A stretch of DNA of 63,532 nucleotides, taken from the NCBI GenBank assembly GCA_041605395.1, contig JBFIYM010000001.1, forward strand, positions 1 to 63,532. The letters run 5' to 3'. This DNA comes from Myxococcota bacterium (GTDB lineage Bacteria; Myxococcota_A; UBA9160; UBA6930). The position numbers and the translations under genes were made by a program. Below are positions 36,832 to 44,462 of the stretch, in pieces (the first letter of the stretch is position 1; every line of letters starts with the position of its first letter). The notes beneath the pieces were generated by a model. That model was not told the DNA's origin. It saw nothing but the letters and a program-made list of their open reading frames with translations, and did no database searches.

Positions 36832-38334
36832 ATGCATCGCTTTCTCGTGTTCGCCGGTTCGCTCGCTTTTGGCCTCTCGCTCTCGCTTCCCGCGTCGGCG
36901 CTCGAGTTCACGCATGGCGTTGCCAGCGGGGAGGTCACTCCCGTGAGCGCCGTGCTGTGGACGCGAACCGACGGCCCTGCGGGACTCCAGGTCGAAGTGA
37001 CGCGCACCTCGCCAGGGCCGGGCCCCAAGCAGCTGAAGCGCCCCGCACTCGCTTCCGCCGCGAGCGACTTCACGGCGCGAGTCCTGGTGGCGCCGCTCAC
37101 CCCGGGCGCCACCTACACCTATCAGTTTCGAGGGCAAGGAGCCTCGAGCGAAGTGGGCACGTTCCGCACCGCCCCGCTTCCGGGTGTTGCGCGGAGCCTC
37201 CGCTTCGCCTTCTCGGGTGACTCCGACGGCACCCTGGTAGGCGGGCTCCCGTTCTACAACAACTTCGAGACGCTCGGTGCCGCGCGCAACGAGGGGCTCG
37301 ACTTCTTCATCTACCACGGCGACATCATCTACTCCGACTCCGGCCTGCGGCCCGGGGGCCCGGCCATGACTCTCCAGGAGTACCGCGACACCTACAAGGT
37401 GAACCGCACGTACCAGAACCTCCGCGACCTGCTCGCCGCCACGTCGTCGTACGTGACCTGGGACGATCACGAGGTCCGCAACGACTACGACGGCCAGACC
37501 GTGGATCCCGCCCGCTACGCCGCGGGCCGCCAGGCCTTCCACGAGTTCCTGCCGACGCTCGATGCGTTCTATCCGGAGGACCCGACCTGTGCCGGGCCGC
37601 CGCGCTTCCGCGTCTTCCGTTGGGGCAGCGAGGCCGACGTGATCCTGATCGACGAGCGCTCCTGCCGGAGCGCGGACGTGGAGGCAGTCTGTCTGGGCGA
37701 CCTGGGACCGACGCTGCCGCCGGGGCTGCGGGCGTTCTTCGGCCTGCCGCCGAGTCCGCCGCCCGGCTGCCTCGCCGCGATCTTCGACCCGTCGCGCACG
37801 ATGCTGGGCCCGGTGCAGAAGGAGCTCCTGAAGCAGGCCCTCCTGAGCTCGACGGCCACCTTCAAGTTCGTACTCGGCGGCCTCCCCATCCAGCAATACT
37901 GGGCGCTGCCCTACGACCGCTGGGAGGGCTACGGCGCCGAGCGCAACGAGATCCTGAACTTCATCCGCGACAATGGGATCGAGAACGTGGTGTTCCTGGC
38001 CACGGACAACCACGCCAACTTCACCAACGAGGTGTTCGTGGATCTCTTCACGGCTCCCCAGCCGGTCGCGCGCGAGTTCGTGGCTGGGCCGATCGCGACC
38101 AACACCCTGCAGGTCTCGATCCTGGCCTTCGGCGGGCCGGCGGCGCTCGCGGGCTTCAACGCCCTCTTCAACCTCGCCGGCGTAGACTGCCGCAACCTGA
38201 ACGAGTACGCGTACGCAGTGGTGAACGTGGACGCCACCGCGGCGACGGCGCAGGTGGAGTTCAAGAAGGGGAACGGCGGGCCGGTGCTCGACCAGATCAC
38301 CAACGCCCCGTGCGGCGGGACGGTCGGTCCGTAG
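36832..38334 (+). CDS. Alkaline phosphatase D (PhoD) family protein, secreted
   Basis: GGAGGA Shine-Dalgarno and ATG 36832. Signal peptide MHRFLVFAGSLAFGLSLSLPASA. GVASGEVT, FRTAP, GDIIYSD and WDDHEV.ND are PhoD signatures. Confidence 0.85.
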   Translation: MHRFLVFAGSLAFGLSLSLPASALEFTHGVASGEVTPVSAVLWTRTDGPAGLQVEVTRTSPGPGPKQLKRPALASAASDFTARVLVAPLTPGATYTYQFRGQGASSEVGTFRTAPLPGVARSLRFAFSGDSDGTLVGGLPFYNNFETLGAARNEGLDFFIYHGDIIYSDSGLRPGGPAMTLQEYRDTYKVNRTYQNLRDLLAATSSYVTWDDHEVRNDYDGQTVDPARYAAGRQAFHEFLPTLDAFYPEDPTCAGPPRFRVFRWGSEADVILIDERSCRSADVEAVCLGDLGPTLPPGLRAFFGLPPSPPPGCLAAIFDPSRTMLGPVQKELLKQALLSSTATFKFVLGGLPIQQYWALPYDRWEGYGAERNEILNFIRDNGIENVVFLATDNHANFTNEVFVDLFTAPQPVAREFVAGPIATNTLQVSILAFGGPAALAGFNALFNLAGVDCRNLNEYAYAVVNVDATAATAQVEFKKGNGGPVLDQITNAPCGGTVGP

Positions 38335-38489
38335 AGCTCCAAGGAGGCGGACGATCCCGGGCGCCGCGCTCTACGCGTACGAGTACACCCGCGGTGCCCC
38401 GCACTCGGCGCGGCCGGCGACGAGGTCGCGAACCTTCCCACGCCGGCGCGCCCCAGAGGCCAGCAACGCTCGTGCGATCGTCGATGCTC

Positions 38490-39974
38490 TCAGTCGCGCC
38501 CCTGTGACAGCGCGAACTCCTCCTCCGGCGACAGCACCAGCCGGCGGCGGCCCACGAGCGCGAAGTACCCGATCGTGATCGCGTAGTAGATCGCGACGCC
38601 CAGGATCGGCGCGCGGAAGGCGGGGTCGCTGATCTGGAAGTAGAGCGTCACCACGGCGATCACCAGGGTGACCAGCGCGCCGGGGATGCCGAAGGGGCTC
38701 CGGTAGGGGCGTTCGATGTCGGGCAGGCGGATGCGCAGCAGGATGAAGGAGAGCGCCTGGAGCACGTAGGAGAGCATGGCGCCGAAGACGGCCATGTTGA
38801 GCAGCGCCGCGCCGATGAAGGCGCCGCCGCGCTCCTGGCCGTAGACGGTCCAGATGAAGAGCATCACGCCGAGGCCGACGGCGCTGCCCGCGATCAGCGC
38901 GACCTGCGGGGTCTGGTGGCGGCCGTGGGTCACGGAGAGGAAACGGGGGAAGTAGCCGGCGCGCGAGAGCGAGTAGATCTGGCGCCCGAACGCGAAGATG
39001 ATGGCGTGGAAGCTCGCGACGAGGCCCATGATGGCGACCAGCGCGAGGATCTTCGCGAGGTCGCTGCCGAACAGGGTGCGGAGTCCGTCGAGCAGGGGCT
39101 CGCCGGAGGTGCCCAGCCCGAAGGCGCCCGGCGCGAGGCTCGCGTTCAGCGTGAGCACGGCGAAGGCGCTCAGCACGAGCGTGAAGATGCCGAGCAGGAT
39201 GCCGGTCGGCATGTCGCGCTTCGGGTCGACCGCCTCCTCGGCCGCGAGCGGGAGCTGCTCGATGGCGAGGTAGAGCCAGACGGCGAAGGGCATGGCCGCG
39301 AGCACGCCGTGGACGCCGTCCGGAAACCAGGGGCCGCCGCCCTCGGGCAGCTCGACGAGCGCGCCGTCCGGCCCGACGCCCACGTTCATGGCCCAGCGCG
39401 TGAACTCGATCTCGGGCAGGGCGTTCAGGTAGAAGAACACCAGGCAGGCGAGGGCGCCGAGCGTCACGAACATGGTGACGCGGAACGAGAGCTCCACGCC
39501 GAACAGGTTGGCGCCCACGAAGGTGGCGTAGCCGAGGATCCAGAACAGCGGCTGGAGGGCGGGGTCGGTCTCGAGGACGGCGCCGAGGTAGGAGCCGATG
39601 AAGAAGACGACGACGGCCGGCGTGAGCACGTACTCGATGTTCTCGGCCACACCCGTGACGAAGCCGCCCCACGGGCCCATCGAGGAGCGCGCGAAGGAGT
39701 AGGCGCCACCGGTGTGCGGCAGCGCGGGCGACATCTCGGCGAGCGAGTAGGTGAGGCCGAGGTACATCACCGTGATCAGGATCGTGGCCACGAACATCGA
39801 GCCCCAGCCGAAGGCGAGCCCGAAGTTCCAGCCCGAGAAGTGCCCCGAGATGACCGCGCCCACGCCGAGCGCCCAGAGCGAGAAGACGCCGGCGTAGCGT
39901 CGCAGGCGCCGCTCGGCGAAGTACGCCTCCCCGACCTCCTCGTACCGGACCCCGCCGCGCCGCTCTTCGTCCAC
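38490..39974 (-). CDS. eat: APC-superfamily amino acid permease, ethanolamine permease-like
   Basis: LWALGVGAVISGHFSGWNFGLAFGG... is characteristic of ethanolamine permeases. 12 TM pattern. GTG start at 39974; the upstream 330 aa of the track ORF are junk. Confidence 0.8.
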   Translation of the reverse strand: MDEERRGGVRYEEVGEAYFAERRLRRYAGVFSLWALGVGAVISGHFSGWNFGLAFGWGSMFVATILITVMYLGLTYSLAEMSPALPHTGGAYSFARSSMGPWGGFVTGVAENIEYVLTPAVVVFFIGSYLGAVLETDPALQPLFWILGYATFVGANLFGVELSFRVTMFVTLGALACLVFFYLNALPEIEFTRWAMNVGVGPDGALVELPEGGGPWFPDGVHGVLAAMPFAVWLYLAIEQLPLAAEEAVDPKRDMPTGILLGIFTLVLSAFAVLTLNASLAPGAFGLGTSGEPLLDGLRTLFGSDLAKILALVAIMGLVASFHAIIFAFGRQIYSLSRAGYFPRFLSVTHGRHQTPQVALIAGSAVGLGVMLFIWTVYGQERGGAFIGAALLNMAVFGAMLSYVLQALSFILLRIRLPDIERPYRSPFGIPGALVTLVIAVVTLYFQISDPAFRAPILGVAIYYAITIGYFALVGRRRLVLSPEEEFALSQGRD

Positions 39975-40046
39975 CCGCGCCCTCCCCGAGCCGTTCCATC
40001 CTCGACGGAGCGCGCGTAGAATGCAATCCCAGACGGAGGTGCCTCC

Positions 40047-40907
40047 ATGCCCAACCCCACCTGGACTCTCGGCGCGGTTCGCGTCACCTCCGTGAAGGAG
40101 GTCGAGCTGCCGATGCCCGGCTCCGCGATCGTCCCGGACGCGACGCCCGAGGCGCTTGTCCCCCACTCGGATTGGCTCGCCCCGCACTTCGTCACCGAGG
40201 ACGGCCGGCTTCGGCTCCTGATCCAGGCGCTCGTGGTGGAGTCGCAGGGGCGCCGCATCGTGGTCGACACCTGCGTGGGCAACGACAAGGAGCGGACGAT
40301 CCCCGTCTTCGATCAGCTCGAGACCGACTTCCTGGGCGACCTCGAGCGGGCCGGCTTCCCGCGCGAATCGATCGACACCGTGCTGTGCACGCACCTCCAC
40401 GTGGACCACGTCGGCTGGAACACGATGAAGGTCGACGGGCGCTGGGTGCCGACGTTCCCGAACGCGCGTTACCTGGTGGTTCGCCCCGAGTGGGAGCACT
40501 GGTCGAAGGAGGACGACCGCGTGTTCGGCGACGTGCTCGGCGACTCCGTGCGGCCGATCTTCGAGGCGGGCCTCGCGGAGCTGGTCGAGCCCGGGCACGC
40601 GGTGACGGACGAGATCTCGCTCGAGCCCACGCCCGGGCACACGCCCGGCCACAGCAGCGTGCGGATCCGCTCCGAGGGGGCGGAGGCGGTGATCACGGGC
40701 GATCTCATGCACCACCCGTCGCAGTGCGCGCACCCGGAGTGGGGCAGCAGCGCCGACCACGACCCGACGCGGGCGCGGGAGACGCGCCGGGGCTTTCTCG
40801 AGGCGCAGGCGGGGCGCTCGGTGCTGGTGATCGGCACCCACTTCGCCGGGCCCCATGCCGGGCGCATCGTGGCGGACGGCGCCGCCTGGCGCTTCGAGAT
40901 CGCCTGA
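40047..40907 (+). CDS. MBL-fold metallo-hydrolase (lactonase-like subgroup)
   Basis: HLHVDHVGWN (HxHxDH), downstream TPGHTPGH and D..HH. GGAGG Shine-Dalgarno before ATG 40047. TAGAAT -10-like hexamer at 40017-40022. Confidence 0.85.
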   Translation: MPNPTWTLGAVRVTSVKEVELPMPGSAIVPDATPEALVPHSDWLAPHFVTEDGRLRLLIQALVVESQGRRIVVDTCVGNDKERTIPVFDQLETDFLGDLERAGFPRESIDTVLCTHLHVDHVGWNTMKVDGRWVPTFPNARYLVVRPEWEHWSKEDDRVFGDVLGDSVRPIFEAGLAELVEPGHAVTDEISLEPTPGHTPGHSSVRIRSEGAEAVITGDLMHHPSQCAHPEWGSSADHDPTRARETRRGFLEAQAGRSVLVIGTHFAGPHAGRIVADGAAWRFEIA

Positions 40908-41015
40908 CCCGGGGTTCCCCCGCGGCGCCGCGCGACGTCTTTCCCCGCGGGCGAAGCAGCGCGTCAATCCCCAGCCCGATGCAGAAAACCGTCATAAATC
41001 CAACACCTTCCCGAC

Positions 41016-41044
41016 TTGATTCCGTGACGCGCCGCGTCTAGCTT
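41016..41044 (+). promoter_or_regulatory. Candidate sigma-70-type promoter for the 41064 gene
   Basis: TTGATT (41016-41021), a 17-nt spacer, then TAGCTT (41039-41044), in a locally AT-richer patch. GGGAGGG Shine-Dalgarno at 41053-41059. Confidence 0.3.
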
Positions 41045-41063
41045 CAGCGCTCGGGAGGGTGAG

Positions 41064-41453
41064 ATGGGACGCCGGGGGTGGGCGGTTCTGCTGCTGGTCG
41101 CGGTGCTGGTCCTGGTCGGGATCGGCGGCGGCGCGGCGTTGTTCGAGCTGGCGCGGCTCGTGGATCCGGTGATCGCCCGGCTCGGGGCCTCGGCGTTGGG
41201 GCTCGGGCTGATCGCGCTCTCGGTGGCCCTCGCGCTGGTCGCGCGCCTCCGGGTCCTGCGCGGGCGGATCCCGATCTGTGCGACCTGCAAGCAGGTGCGC
41301 GACCCGAGCGGCGTCTGGAACCGGCTCGAGGCCTATCTCGAGGCGCACTCGCACGCCCAGTTCACCCACGGGATCTGCGAGCCCTGTCAGGCCGGGCTGC
41401 ACGCCCGGACCGGGCGGGTCGCGGCGGGCTTCGCGGGCGGCGAGGGCGTCTGA
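41064..41453 (+). CDS. Small membrane protein with C-terminal Cys/His motif PICATCKQVRD..G.W..LE.YL..HS.AQFTHGICEPC
   Basis: Two or three TM helices, then a CxxC...HGICxxC tail. I recall this tail as a recurrent, uncharacterised C-terminal module on delta-proteobacterial and spirochaetal signalling proteins. Confidence 0.6.
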   Translation: MGRRGWAVLLLVAVLVLVGIGGGAALFELARLVDPVIARLGASALGLGLIALSVALALVARLRVLRGRIPICATCKQVRDPSGVWNRLEAYLEAHSHAQFTHGICEPCQAGLHARTGRVAAGFAGGEGV

Positions 41454-41502
41454 GCGCTCGCGCCTTCTTGACGTCTTGACGAACGTCCCCGCCCCCTAGG
41501 GG

Positions 41503-42072
41503 GTGGCGCTAGACTCGGCGGCGATGCCGCACGTGACCCGGTACAGCGTGATGCCGATCCCGCCGGTCGAGGCGCAGACGGCGTGGTTCGAGGCGGGGGC
41601 GGTGCGGATCGGCGTCGAGTACCGGCGGCTCACGGACGCGGTCGCGGCGGCGGCCGAGCTCGCCGAGGCGTCGGGCGGAGAGCGCGGCCAGACGACGGGC
41701 CTCGACGACCGCGGCGTCGCGCTCCACGTGTGTGGCGAGCAGGACGGCGAGTGGCGCGAGTTCCTGCGCTTCGACTGCTTCGCCGAGGATCCCCACTACC
41801 ACTACGTCTCGTGGCGCGAGAAGGCGAACGAGATGATCCACCTCGATCCCGTGGCCGACGGCGACCCGCTCCACTGGGCGCTCGAGCGCATCCGCACGCG
41901 GCTGCCGCAGATGCTCGCGCGGGCCGGGGCGGTCGACGTGGCGGCACGGCTCGACCCGGCGGCGCTCGAGGATGCGCTGCCGCGCGTGACCGAGGCCGCC
42001 TTCCGCGCGCGCTACGAGCACGACGACGAGAAGGTCGTGGCCTCGGCCGTGGCGGCGGGACGGCGCGCTTGA
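41503..42072 (+). CDS. Hypothetical protein
   Basis: Coding-like composition. Its stop overlaps the next gene's start. The start is uncertain (GTG 41503 or ATG 41524). I do not recognise a family. Confidence 0.5.
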   Translation: MALDSAAMPHVTRYSVMPIPPVEAQTAWFEAGAVRIGVEYRRLTDAVAAAAELAEASGGERGQTTGLDDRGVALHVCGEQDGEWREFLRFDCFAEDPHYHYVSWREKANEMIHLDPVADGDPLHWALERIRTRLPQMLARAGAVDVAARLDPAALEDALPRVTEAAFRARYEHDDEKVVASAVAAGRRA

Positions 42073-43562
42073 AGATCGGGGCGCGCGACACGGACGCGGC
42101 GCGGCTGCGCGAGCGGCTCGGCCATCCGGTCGTCGATGCCGACGGCCACGTGATCGAGACGCCGCCCGTGTTCCTGCCCTTCTTCGAGGAGCACGTGCGC
42201 AAGATCGCGGGCGGCGACATGGTGAAGCGCTTCCGCGCCGTCGGCGGCATGGACTTCGACGAGATGGTGCTGCGCCCCTGGAGCCACCTCTCGTGGGACG
42301 AGCGGCGCGCGACCTGGGCCACGCGCCCGTCCTGGTGGTCGCTCCCGGCCGCGAACACCCTCGATCGCGCCACCGCGCACCTGCCGAAGCTGCTGCACGC
42401 GCGCCTCGACGACCTCGGCATCGACTTCGCCGTGCTCTACGGGAGCCGCACGCTCACCACCACGGCGATCAAGGACGACGAGGTGCGGCAGGTCGCGTGC
42501 CGGGCGCTCAATGCCTTCAACGCCGAGGTCTACGCGCCCTACGCGGACCGGATGACGCCGGCCGCGCACATCCCGATGCACACGCCCGCCGAGGCGATCG
42601 CGGAGCTCGAGCACGCGGTGGGCGAGCTCGGCCTGAAGGCGATCATGATCAATGGGCTGATCCACCGGCCCATCGGCGACGCTGGGGCCGCGCACGATCC
42701 GCGCCTGCCGAGCTGGGGCTCGGGGTCGGGCGAGCGGCTCGACTGCCTCGGCCTCGACAGCGCGCACGACTACGACCCCTTCTGGCGCCGCTGCGTCGAG
42801 CTCCGCGTGGTGCCCGCCTCGCACACGCCCGGCATGGGCTGGGGCAGCCGCCGCTCCGTCTCGAGCTACATGGCGAACCACCTCGGCAGCTTCGCCGCGA
42901 GCATGGAGGCCCAGTGCCGGTCGCTCTTCATGGGGGGCGTCACGCGCCGCTTCCCGGAGCTCGCATTCGGCCTGCTCGAGGGCGGGGTGTCGTGGGCCTG
43001 CCAGCTCTACGCCGACCTGATCGGGCACTGGCAGAAGCGCAACCGCGAGACCATCCACCACCTCGACCCGGCGCGCATCGACACCGAGCTGGTGCTGCGC
43101 CTGTTCCAGCAGTACGGCGACGGCTTCTTCCACAAGGACGTGCCGGGCCTGGCCGAGGCCTTCACGAAGCTCGAGCCCGAGCCGCCCTTCCTCGACGAGT
43201 GGGAGGCCTGCGGAGTCGAGCGCAAGGAGGACATCCGCGACCGCTTCGTGCCGAGCTTCTTCTTCGGTTGCGAGGCCGACGACAGCGGCGTGGCGTGGGC
43301 GATGAACGCGAAGATGAACCCGATGGGGGTGAAGCTCCAGGCCATGTTCAGCTCGGACCTCGGCCACTGGGACGTCGAGGACATGACCGGCATCCTGTCC
43401 GAGGCGTACGAGCTGGTGGAGCACGAGCTCGTGAGCGAGGCGGACTTCCGCGACTTCGTGTACGGGAACCCGGTGCGCTTCTACACGCGGCTCAACCCGG
43501 ACTTCTTCCGCGGTACGCGCATCGAGGGTGACGTGTCGCACTTCCTGGGAGCGAAGTCGTGA
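42069..43562 (+). CDS. Amidohydrolase-2 (ACMSD/metal-dependent hydrolase) family protein
   Basis: VVDADGHVIE opening (metal-binding DxH), LGLKAIMING, and a C-terminal FSSDLGHWD. The putative TTG start at 42069 overlaps the upstream stop (TTGA). Confidence 0.75.
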   Translation: MKIGARDTDAARLRERLGHPVVDADGHVIETPPVFLPFFEEHVRKIAGGDMVKRFRAVGGMDFDEMVLRPWSHLSWDERRATWATRPSWWSLPAANTLDRATAHLPKLLHARLDDLGIDFAVLYGSRTLTTTAIKDDEVRQVACRALNAFNAEVYAPYADRMTPAAHIPMHTPAEAIAELEHAVGELGLKAIMINGLIHRPIGDAGAAHDPRLPSWGSGSGERLDCLGLDSAHDYDPFWRRCVELRVVPASHTPGMGWGSRRSVSSYMANHLGSFAASMEAQCRSLFMGGVTRRFPELAFGLLEGGVSWACQLYADLIGHWQKRNRETIHHLDPARIDTELVLRLFQQYGDGFFHKDVPGLAEAFTKLEPEPPFLDEWEACGVERKEDIRDRFVPSFFFGCEADDSGVAWAMNAKMNPMGVKLQAMFSSDLGHWDVEDMTGILSEAYELVEHELVSEADFRDFVYGNPVRFYTRLNPDFFRGTRIEGDVSHFLGAKS

Positions 43563-44404
43563 AGCTCGAGGGTGCCGTCGCCGTCGTGACCGGCGCCTCG
43601 CGCGGCATCGGCAAGGGCTGCGCGCTCGAGCTCGGCGCAGCCGGCGCGACGGTCTACGTCACGGGTCGCACGGTCGAGGCCGGCACCCACCCGTTGCCCG
43701 GCACGGTCGGGGTAACCGCCGACGAGGTCACCCAGATCGGTGGTCGGGGCATCGCCGTGGCGTGCGACCACCGCGACGACGACGCCGTGGCAAGGCTCTT
43801 CGAGCGCGTGGCCGACGAGCAGCAGGGCCGCCTCGACGTGCTCGTCAACAACGCCTTCCTGATCCCGAAGGAGCTCACCAGCGGCAAGCCCTTCTGGGAG
43901 TGCCCGCTCTCGAACTGGAACGACATGGTGGGCGTCGGGACCCGCTCCGCCTACGTCGCGAGCTGGCACGCCGCGAAGCGGATGGTGCCCCGGAAGCGCG
44001 GCCTGATCGCGAACGTGTCCTCCTCGGGGGCGCGCGAGTACGCCTGGCACGTGGCCTACGGCGTCGGCAAATGCGCCCTCGACCGCTTCACGGCGGACGC
44101 CGCCCACGAGCTGCGTGCGCACGGGGTGGCGGTCGTCTCGATCTGGCCCGGCCTGGTGCTGACCGAGCGCCTCGAAGGCGCCGCGAAGGCCGGCATCCCG
44201 GGCCTCGACTTCTCGAAGGCCGAGTCGCCGCGCTTCACGGGGCGCGCGATCGCGGCGCTCGCCGGCGACGCCGACGCCCTGCGCTTCAGCGGACGGGCCT
44301 TGCCCGCTCGCGAGCTGGCGGATCTCTACGGCTTCAAGGACGTGGACGGGCGCCTGCCGGGCGGCCCGCTCGAGGAGCGCCCCTGGCGAGCCGGCGAGGG
44401 CTGA
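43559..44404 (+). CDS. SDR family oxidoreductase
   Basis: VAVVTGASRGIGKG and NNAF, plus the S...YGVGK catalytic pattern. The GTG at 43559 overlaps the upstream stop (GTGA). Confidence 0.9.
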   Translation: MKLEGAVAVVTGASRGIGKGCALELGAAGATVYVTGRTVEAGTHPLPGTVGVTADEVTQIGGRGIAVACDHRDDDAVARLFERVADEQQGRLDVLVNNAFLIPKELTSGKPFWECPLSNWNDMVGVGTRSAYVASWHAAKRMVPRKRGLIANVSSSGAREYAWHVAYGVGKCALDRFTADAAHELRAHGVAVVSIWPGLVLTERLEGAAKAGIPGLDFSKAESPRFTGRAIAALAGDADALRFSGRALPARELADLYGFKDVDGRLPGGPLEERPWRAGEG

Positions 44405-44462
44405 GTGCCGTTCGCTCGGGCCTCCTGGGGTCGCGTGTGACCGGGCCGGGACCCGGCGCCGC

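Noticed and set aside
40034-40045. GGAGGTGCCTCC palindrome that could sequester the Shine-Dalgarno sequence of the MBL hydrolase gene
   Set aside because: The loop would be only 2 nt, so a stable hairpin is not feasible. It is more likely coincidence between the Shine-Dalgarno sequence and the adjacent sequence.
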